DNA of 62,987 bases, filler included, from Octopus bimaculoides (taxonomy: Eukaryota), in NCBI RefSeq assembly GCF_001194135.2. It is 5 parts of 4 records of this genome, joined end to end, with 100 filler letters (N's around TTAATTAATTAA, not from the genome) between each part and the next. Parts side by side here need not be neighbours in the genome. Positions count along the whole stretch, not along the records: positions 52,634 to 60,605 come from NC_068986.1; positions 60,706 to 62,987 come from NC_069002.1; 3 more parts are not named here. One strand, given 5' to 3'. Below the pieces are notes generated by a model that saw only the letters and a program-made list of their open reading frames with translations, had not been told where the DNA came from and made no database searches. The translations under genes were made by a program, and so were the position numbers. Of the stretch, positions 53,445 to 62,987 are shown in pieces (the first letter of the stretch is position 1; every line of letters starts with the position of its first letter).

Positions 53445-53750
53445 CAGTGGTTCCTAAAGTGGGTGATATTGCCCCCCCTGGGGGCAGTGGATAGTTCCAA
53501 GAAATGTGGGGTGATAATAGGGTAGCAATTGATGTAAAAAGTGGGGCGATAATGGGGTAGCGATTCATGGAAAACCAACAAAATAATGGGCTTCTTTAGG
53601 TTAAGTTATATTTGTGAAACACAGTTGAGTTGCTTTGAATTTACTTCAGAAAGACGTTAATATTTGTGGTGATGGTTAATGGGATTGGGGTGCTAGGAAT
53701 GTGGCCTGAGTGTCAAGGGGACAGCAGCCAGAAAAAGTTTGGGAACATTG
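53445..53750. mobile_element. hAT-type non-autonomous element
   Basis: Ends cagtggttcctaaa / tttgggaacattg; flanks ctgtagaa and ctgtagag form a 7/8-matching 8-bp TSD. Confidence 0.75.
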
Positions 53751-55375
53751 CTGTAGAGGAACCACATGACTACTCACATTTTAGAAAAGAGTGTGGGAGT
53801 GACTGGGTGGAGTTAGAAAAAGATAAAGAAAGTGGGGATGAGTGCCTAGGTGCCATAATAAAATGCTCCGAGTACACTCTGCAGAAAGGATTGTTCTAAA
53901 CAAAAGTAACTTTATATATGCACGCATCTTTCTTATAAATTCCTCAGCTTACCATATATGTCTATACAATTTTTGTACTTAACAACTCTGTAAAAAGCAT
54001 TTCATAATCTCTTATCTATCTAACCATATTGAGATCTACAAGAACATATCCTTACCAATTATAATCACTCATGCAATTCCTAATTCTTCTTTTTTTCTCC
54101 TAATTCTATTTTTGTTTCTTTTCCCCTTCCCAAACTTCCCTTTATTTTTTATTTTTTGCCTTTTATCTCTTCTCCTTTCCCCCCTTCCATCTTTTAGCTG
54201 TATTTTCTATCATTTTCTTCCATTAATAACTTCATTTTTTTTTATGCATTGTTATCAAAGCATTTCACATACTAACAGTTGCTTTTCCATTTTAATAACA
54301 ATCACTGCTGTTTACAGACACGCTCGATACCTCAGTCAATTTCTGTTTCATTGACGAAACTATCAAAAAGTAATTTTGTAAAGTCTGCACTAGAAAACTA
54401 AATCTATGTTAGATTTCCAGAAGGATTTTTCAGTGCAATTTTTAATTGTTGATTTCCTAAATAAGCACAAGTACACAAATCTATGGGGGTACAAGAGTTA
54501 AACTTTTAGCTGCAAAATTAGATTCCATGGTTATTCCAGAAATGATATTAAATATCAACCAAAAAAATAAAATTGGTATTTTCTGCAAGACATGTTGCCA
54601 TATCTCAACTTGACATAGCTCAACAAAAAAATAGTTTTAAGCAGGGAATTCCTCAAGAAAAGATAGATTGGGATATAAAACTGATTTCTGCAGTAAAGAG
54701 TAATGAAATTTTGAGAGAATATATCAGATTTCCACAGTAGAACTCCAGCATTTGACTGGTATTCATTTTATTGAATTCAGAAGGTTAAAAAGACATATAT
54801 TACCTCAGATTGTGGAGAACCACAACTAGATAGCAGAAGCCAGTTTGTAGTTTGCTCTACTGATTAGGTCGAAACTACACCTTTAAAAAGGCTACTTCTA
54901 GATATGAATAAAAATAAATTTCAGCAAAAACAACAATAACAAAATTAGGAGTAGAGTTGGCTTTAATAAAAGGAAATCTAAGAAGGAAAATAAGAGAGAG
55001 AAAAAGAAAAGAGTAAAAATGAAGAAGATTCTTGTATTTTCCCTACTGCCATTCCATGTTAACATACTGATATAATCTGCATTACATTGCATGTGAGGTA
55101 TTGTACTATCAAGAAAAAAATTCTGTTTATATTTATTGTAAGGCTATACACATACATATATACCACACACATACATATATACTAATATATATGTGTGTGC
55201 ATGTGTGTGTATTACATACACACACACACACACATATATATATATAATATATATATGTACATACACATACATACACATATACATAAATATGTATATATAT
55301 ATGTGTATATGTATATATATATATATATATATTNNNNNNNNNNTATATATGCATATATATGTATATATATATATA

Positions 55376-55417
<42 letters not shown>

Positions 55418-55843
55418 TATATATATATATATATACAAATACATATATACATATATATATATGTATATATAGATAGATTGATAAAGACGCACACAGATAC
55501 AGACACACATGCACACATATGTTCTATAATGGTATATGCATATACATATGTGTTTGTATGTATATGTGTGTGTATATACATACATGCATACATACATACA
55601 TGCATGCATGCATACATACATGTCTATATGTGTACATACGTACATAAACATTGCAAAACCTCACTGTAGGTCAAACAGGAATGTAAACACATTCTTTCTA
55701 AGCTGTTGATGTCTTTGCACACATCAATAAGATAGAAAGAATGAGTTTGCAACATTATTTAACCCAGAGTGAGTCTTTGCAATGTTTAAATTGATTTCTC
55801 TTCTTTTCATACACAGTGTCGTGTATGAAATGAAAGCATGAAT

Positions 55844-55876
<33 letters not shown>

Positions 55877-55883
55877 CATATAC

Positions 55884-55916
<33 letters not shown>

Positions 55917-55931
55917 CATATATATATGTAT

Positions 55932-55977
<46 letters not shown>

Positions 55978-56278
55978 NNNNNNNNNNNNNNNNNNNNNNN
56001 NNNNNNNNNNNNNNNNNNNNNNNNNNNNNNNNNNNNNNNNNNNNNNNNNNNNNNNNNNNNNNNNNNNNNNNNNNNNNNNNNNNNNNNNNNNNNNNNNNNN
56101 NNNNNNNNNNNNNNNNNNNNNNNNNNNNNNNNNNNNNNNNNNNNNNNNNNNNNNNNNNNNNNNNNNNNNNNNNNNNNNNNNNNNNNNNNNNNNNNNNNNN
56201 NNNNNNNNNNNNNNNNNNNNNNNNNNNNNNNNNNNNNNNNNNNNNNNNNNNNNNNNNNNNNNNNNNNNNNNNNNNNNN

Positions 56279-56314
<36 letters not shown>

Positions 56315-56437
56315 CATACACATACATACATATATGCACACACACGTACACATGCACACACACGTACACATGCACACACACACACACACATATATACATA
56401 CACATACATACATATATGCACACACACGTACACACGC

Positions 56438-56469
<32 letters not shown>

Positions 56470-57498
56470 GGTACAGCTGATGGTGCTTTTGCTGTTGCTG
56501 TTGAAATCTAATCTAATCAATTCCGTACATGTACAGATATTTTATATCTCCTTTGTTTGAAATATACAAACATATAAGTACCCAGTACACACATATTGTA
56601 GATTGCATAATGATTGTTATATGTGCGTAGAGAACTACGTAATTTCATAGTTATACACATATTCACACCTGTACACACTAACTTGTACACACCCACACCT
56701 GTACACACATACGCACATATATGCATTGACACATCTATAAGAAACAAATATATATACATTATGATTATTAATGTGATTCTTTCCTCTTTTACTTGCTCTC
56801 GGTGTGCCTGCATGCAGATATTGGCATAGACAGACAGACATACACCCCAACACACATAGATGTAAACATACATATAAATATGCATACACAAGCACACATA
56901 CACTCATGTACACCCCCCCCACACATATATATATGTAAATGCATTTTTTTCTGACTTATATATTCTTAGATGACTATATATATATATATATNNNNNNNNN
57001 NNNNNNNNNNNNNNNNNNNNNNNNNNNNNNNNNNNNNNNNNNNNNNNNNNNNNNNNNNNNNNNNNNNNNNNNNNNNNNNNNNNNNNNNNNNNNNNNNNNN
57101 NNNNNNNNNNNNNNNNNNNNNNNNNNNNNNNNNNNNNNNNNNNNNNNNNNNNNNNNNNNNNNNNNNNNNTATATATATATATATATATATTGTCCAAAAT
57201 TTATAGTATTGGATATCGATCACGGCTGATCTTACCAATCAGTTTCGCGTAAAGAACACAATGGAATGTTAGGTAACAATCCGATTGTATAACTTTATGG
57301 TCATCAGTAATAGCCGATATGGAAGAGAATATGGTGGCTGCTGTCTATTGTCAGAGGTGGATTAGCACACCGTCTCTGGGATGTTGAATAAGGATTTGTG
57401 GTTATTAGATATACCCTGAGATTATTCTTTAGCTGTGCACCTAGGTTAAAAAAATTTTAGTAGGTAGGCCCGGACATGGAACTGAGGCAGGATGCTTA

Positions 57499-57925
57499 TG
57501 CAGGGGTAACACAACTTGTCCACAAAGCAGCCACTGCAATACAGAAACAGTGGTTTATGAGGCAGAAGTAACAGCAACAGGAATCTATGGACAACTGAAC
57601 ATGCAAAAATATGTGGGGGCAGAACCCGCTTTAATAACCACAAGTCCCTCATTCAACATCCCAGAGACGTAACACCACAACCCTAGCCAATCACGTCTGG
57701 GCTTTGAAAGAAAGTACCACAGAGTACAACATAAAATGGAAGAACCTACAAAGATGCAAACTGTACTTCAATAGCAGCAGGAAGTGCAGAATATGCTTGG
57801 CTGAGAAGAAAGCAGTTTTAAAAGGTACCCAACGCTTAGATGTTTACCTGAATAGCAAGAGTAAGTTGTTTAATCCTTGCCCACACGAAAGAAAGTACAT
57901 TCTATCGTACCTGCACGCCCCACCA
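57499..57925 (+). mobile_element. Penelope-like element GIY-YIG endonuclease remnant
   Basis: CRGNTTCPQSSHCNTETVVYEAEV...RFNNHKS...TTTLANHVWALKE...YNIKW...CRICLAEK...LNSKSKLFNPCPH, read across frameshifts. This follows the CxC..CP..C..VVY.A / TxLSxxVWxLK / CxLCLxEK / LNxRSE...CRH layout. Confidence 0.8.
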
Positions 57926-57944
57926 TGACTGCAGCCACAAGTCC

Positions 57945-58300
57945 CCTGTCTCAACCTTCTACCATAGACCTGAGTCAACCAAAGCCTTGTGAGTAGATTT
58001 GGTTGATGATAACTGAAAGAAGCTTGTTATGTATTGTGTGTGTGTGTGTGCATGCACGTGCGTGTGTGTGTGTGTGTGTGTGTGTGCGCACGTGCGTGTG
58101 TGTATTTGTCTCCTACTGTCCACTGCTTGACGAATGGTGTTGTGCGTTTATGTCCCCCGTAACTAAGCGGTTCAGCAAAACAGACTGATAAAATAAGTAT
58201 TGAGCTTAACAAAATAGGTACTGTAGCCGATGCATTTGACTAAAATTCTTCCAGGTGGTGCTTCTGCATAGCCACAGTCTAAAGACTGAAACATGTAAAC
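57945..58300 (+). mobile_element. Degenerate SINE family A
   Basis: caaagccttgtgagtagatttgg...actgaaagaagc, a (TG)n tract, then ccgtaactaagcggttcagcaaaa...gccacagtc. Confidence 0.7.
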
Positions 58301-58650
58301 GAATAACAATGTATATTTAAAGGATAAAAAAATATATTAAACAAAAATGTCAGGTCACTCAGGTGCTACAGGTGCTACAGGTAAGATGTGACCCAGTACC
58401 ACCTGCTGCATAACCAGGTCATCTGTGACTAAGCTGCCAACTCTACCATGCTTGTTTGGCAAGGAGGGGGAGATAAAAACAAAACCCTGTCAAGGTATCA
58501 TGGTAGTCTAGTATTGTGTGCATATGTATACATTGTTTTATATCTTATGTTTTTATATATTTATATTTTTATATTCTTTTATATTCCTTTTTTTAAATAC
58601 ATACAAACATATATTTTTGTACATGTATGCATGTATATATATATGTATGC

Positions 58651-58685
<35 letters not shown>

Positions 58686-58739
58686 CTCATATTTATTATA
58701 TATACATTATCTATAATACATTGTACATATGTATGTATA

Positions 58740-59100
58740 TCATCATCATCATCATTTAATGTCCATTGTCCATGCTGGCATGGGTTGGACAGTTTGACCA
58801 GAGTTGGCAAGCTGGAGCGCTGCACCAGGCTCCTGCCTGATTTGGCATGGTTTCTACAGCTGAATGCCCTTCCTATCGCCAACCACTTTACAGAGCGTAA
58901 TGGGTGCTTTTACATGGCACCTCATGGGTGCTTTTATGTGGCGTTGGCACACGATTCTTACAAGTCAATCCTCACTGCCAGTGGGACAGGTCTTAACACT
59001 TCTACTGTGGAGGATGGGTCTTCTTGAATACAGCAAGGCACCAGGCATCTCAGTCCTTTGTCATCTCACCCGAAAGGTTCAGTATTTTGAGGTCATTCTT
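58740..59100 (-). mobile_element. (GAT)n-tailed retroposon 3' end
   Basis: Homologous to 52870-53090. Confidence 0.7.
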
Positions 59101-60128
59101 ATTTAATACGAAACATGGCATAACATTTATGTGACATAATAAATCTTACAGCTGTTTCTGCAACCGGTGCTGATCAATGTTTACAAATAATTGTGAAAAT
59201 AAAATTCTTCACTTTCATAGGACATTTGAATCAGGGCATGGTGCTTCATCAGAGTAAAACAAAAGCATCCAAAATAAACAAAAGGAAGAAGGAATATGAA
59301 AGAAAGCATGGCCTAGAAAAGAAGTCTAGAAGCCCAAAATATTAAAAGCATATAATCTACCATCTTAGGGCTATGAATTCTGTAGGTAACAGAGTGAACT
59401 AGTACTGGTCTAGTATGTAAAAAACTTTTTTATAGGTAATTCCATTATAAGGGAGAACCAAGATGTTTTCAAAGTCATGAAAAGAAGTTATCAAAAAAAT
59501 AATAATACAAGGAAACTTACTAACATGACTGTCAATGGGCATTACCTATGCTAATGAAAAAATTCGAGTTAGAATGTATCCAAAACATTATCGTAGGGTG
59601 CTTAAGATAGTGTACTCACAGAAATATTACAGAGAACCCCACCTGTTGTCCACAATGGGACAGGTTAAGTCCAGCGATCTCTAAAATTGGTCAATTATAT
59701 TTGAACAGAGAGCATAAGTTAAAACCGTTATAATGGATATGTAAATAAAGATAAATAATTAAGAAAATAAGTAAAGGGTATGGAGGAGTAGACAATGATA
59801 TAAGTGGTATGGGACCACTTAAGTCCTTCTGCAGCTTATCAATATCTCATACATGAGAAAAACAGTCAAATGGGCACTAGGCTGGACTTATAGTAAAGGG
59901 GAGGCAACTAGTATAGGTATTAGAAAAAATCTATATAAAAAAACTGCTAAAAATAATATTAGACTTAACAACATATATAACAAATTGTGGTAACAATTAG
60001 ATGTATACAGGTACCTAAGAAAATTCTATCTTATAGGTATACTACAATGCACAATCCTAAAACCACTAACATTTAAGCTGTTAATATTTAAGACCAAATC
60101 ACATTTACTTTATTTTGCATATATACAT

Positions 60129-60132
<4 letters not shown>

Positions 60133-60200
<68 letters not shown>
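60133..60200. repeat. (TAA)n microsatellite
   Basis: Read directly. Confidence 0.95.
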
Positions 60201-60202
<2 letters not shown>

Positions 60203-61119
60203 CCATGGATGGAATTTATATTTTAATATTTTAATATTAAACATATGTTAATGTTATTGCCAGTTGGTATCATTAGGCTGTAGCAAGCATAATGAAATGG
60301 GAGCTTTTATATGCATATTCAAAACTTTGTCTGTAAACCAGCTTAGTCGAAAGACACCTGTTGTTATATCCTGTTATTTGTGTAACCTTCTCCGTTTCTT
60401 TTCTGTCCTTGTTTTCGGATACATTCACTGCTTTCTTCCAAAGAATCTAATGCTCTTAGCTTAGTTTTTCCTTGGGGCTGGCCAAATTGGAGCAATTTCG
60501 AGTATAACCAACCGAAATTGCAAAGATAATCTGGAACTCAACTGAGGAAAGCAAACTCCGAATGACCCGTCCTTGTTTTCTTTGTATCATCTATCTGGAT
60601 GTTTTNNNNNNNNNNNNNNNNNNNNNNNNNNNNNNNNNNNNNNNNNNNNTTAATTAATTAANNNNNNNNNNNNNNNNNNNNNNNNNNNNNNNNNNNNNNN
60701 NNNNNATATATATATATATATATATACATACATACATATGTGTGTTGGTGTGCGTAGGCGGGGTATGTGTGGTCTCGTGGCTAAGTGTACTTTAACGGGG
60801 TGGGTGAGGTGTAGAAGACGCTCCAAAATAGCTTATCTGGCCTACCAATATTTTTATCCTTGCGAAAATCTAAGACAATCAATCAACTTGATTGGACACA
60901 CACGCACGCACGTACACACATGCACACACACACTGACACGCACACTACACTCGAACATAATGTATCTGTTCATAGTTATGTTACATGTACATAACTATGA
61001 ACGCTGTATCATAGATAGTACAGATGTGTATGTAGATATATCATATCATATTACTATAGCTACAGAACGTTATTAACTTGAATCAGGCAGAATATTATAT
61101 CTCTCTCCCTCTCCTCACC

Positions 61120-61690
61120 ACCGTATGAAGTGAATAAACGATCGTCAAAATTACACAAAAATTAATATAACACTGACATCTCGTTTTAACAGATATATTT
61201 ACCAAAATTACATAAAGATATCTTGAAATATTAGAGAGTAAATTTATGCAATAAAATCGCCATTGGTTCCAACCACAGCTTTCAGACGACTTCGGAATCT
61301 CCTGCATCTCTTCTTGATGGTCTCCTTGTTTAAGTTGGTGAATGCTGACATAATCCTTGTCTACAGATCATCTTCGGTGTTACAAGGAGATTTCTGGTCT
61401 CTAGCTCAACTGCGCCCCACAACACATATTAATCAAGGGGGTTGCAGTCTGCAGAGTTAGGCAGCCAGATGTTAGGGGTGATGTGGTCTCAGAAATTATC
61501 TGACAGCCATGACTTGGTTTTCCTGCTTGTGTTGCATAGTGCAGAGTCCTGTTGCCAGATATAGGGTCCTCCAGCAGCCACCCTCTTGACCCAGGGCAGC
61601 ACTACCTCATCCAGATACATGATGCAGGCCTCCGCATGAGTCTGAGGCTGTCTGGGAGATTGAATAGAGGCATAACGTCACAATCCCTAT
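61120..61690 (-). mobile_element. DD37D-type mariner 3' half
   Basis: 61160-61510 aligns by eye with 560-905; 61505-61620 is the reverse complement of 49010-49135. Confidence 0.85.
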
Positions 61691-61947
61691 ATATCTATGA
61701 AAAAGGCGGGCTTTTCGAGCTGCACTTCGGTACCATGTGTTTTTAATCGGAATCAAATTCAGCACTGAATATATTCCGGTTATATATTTAATTAATTCAA
61801 TAATCGGATAAAACCTTATATTTTTAATAAACACATTTTTACCGAGTGCATTATCCTATAGAGTTTATCCTGTTATTGAATTAATTATATATATATAAAG
61901 TGAAGTATATTTGCCACTTAAATGTGGCTGACCCCGAGGGGTAGATG

Positions 61948-62099
61948 TTACTGTTGCTTTTAGCCCCAGGAGGACATCTCCTCCAGCTGGCTATCGACAC
62001 ACACCTGTGCCCTGTCTGTTGGCAAATACAGACAGGGCACAGATGTGTGTCGATAGCCAGCTGGAGGAGATGTCCTCCTGGGGCTAAAATCAACAGTAA
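61948..62099. repeat. Near-perfect palindrome (72-bp arms, 8-nt loop)
   Basis: ttactgttgcttttagccccaggagg...gtgccctgtctgt / tggcaaat / acagacagggcac...ggggctaaaatcaacagtaa. Confidence 0.9.
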
Positions 62100-62396
62100 N
62101 NNNNNNNNNNNNNNNNNNNNNNNNNNNNNNNNNNNNNNNNNNNNNNNNNNNNNNNNNNNNNNNNNNNNNNNNNNNNNNNNNNNNNNNNNNNNNNNNNNNN
62201 NNNNNNNNNNNNNNNNNNNNNNNNNNNNNNNNNNNNNNNNNNNNNNNNNNNNNNNNNNNNNNNNNNNNNNNNNNNNNNNNNNNNNNNNNNNNNNNNNNNN
62301 NNNNNNNNNNNNNNNNNNNNNNNNNNNNNNNNNNNNNNNNNNNNNNNNNNNNNNNNNNNNNNNNNNNNNNNNNNNNNNNNNNNNNNNNNNNNNNNN

Positions 62397-62427
<31 letters not shown>

Positions 62428-62502
62428 TATTGATAGAAAAGGTAAGACAAGAACAGAAAGAAAGAACCCTCGATAACATTATATATAGGAATTTATCTGC
62501 AA

Positions 62503-62722
62503 ATAGTATGTGACAATTATTCGGTAGCCATGATAAAACTCCGAGTTTCGGATGGTTGGGTGGAAACCCACGCCGCTATCTCTTCAGTTATCTGCCCATC
62601 GAAAAAATAGTCTAGCATTTTTTCGATGGCCAGACAACTGAAGAGATGGCGGTGTGGGTTTCCGCCCCAACATCCGAAACTCGGAGTTTCATCTTGGCTA
62701 CCGAATAATTGTCACATATTAT
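62503..62722. repeat. Palindrome (about 106-bp arms, 8-nt loop) with a hammerhead-like core in each arm
   Basis: 62503-62608 is the reverse complement of 62617-62722 with scattered mismatches; CTGAAGA at 62638-62644 and GAAA at 62676-62679, mirrored on the minus strand. Confidence 0.85.
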
Positions 62723-62987
62723 ATATATTATATATATATATATAAAACTTACTTGGAAGGGGATGCGTTGTGTTCAATCACATAATAATATAAATGATAT
62801 ATATATAAATATGCATATGTGGGCACAGGACGTCATGGAATGTGTACAACAAAACAATACGAACTACGAGTACATGGAATATGAGCTATTTTTTTTAACA
62901 AAGAAAGATGTATTTATGAATGTATGTACGTATGTATGCATGTGCATATATGTATATGTGCATATGTATCTATATATATATATATAT

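Noticed and set aside
59100-60100. About 1 kb of non-repetitive-looking A-rich sequence, possibly an old LINE or a hidden exon
   Set aside because: I found no ORF or recognisable motif by eye, so I could not support a call.
60540-60575. CTGAGGA...GAAT hammerhead-like motif
   Set aside because: Stem II does not pair and the GAAA/UH geometry fails.

Overview
AT-rich, gap-ridden, microsatellite- and transposon-dense metazoan genomic DNA. By inference it is octopus/coleoid cephalopod: I recognise the SINE/MITE families from memory and ran no search. I can support only one host coding exon: a 455-bp minus-strand cadherin exon (49238-49692, AG/GT splice sites, about 1.4 extracellular cadherin repeats, resembling the Cad87A/Cad88C/CDH23-like group). 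Most of the window is therefore probably very long intron sequence, although N gaps could hide exons. The rest is a mosaic of decayed mobile elements: DD37D- and DD34D-type mariners, RTE, CR1-like and R4/Dong-like LINE fragments, a Penelope-like GIY-YIG remnant, several tRNA-derived SINE families, and hAT, mariner and piggyBac-like MITEs. There is also an interstitial (TTAGGG)9 tract. The most interesting signal is a recurring set of minimal type I hammerhead-ribozyme-like motifs of the kind known from Penelope-like elements. These include a near-complete copy with an A6U core variant (42026-42061), a CpG-decayed twin (43318-43353) and a 220-bp palindrome carrying two back-to-back copies (62503-62722). 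Nearly all long ORFs in the supplied track are translations of simple repeats or N runs.
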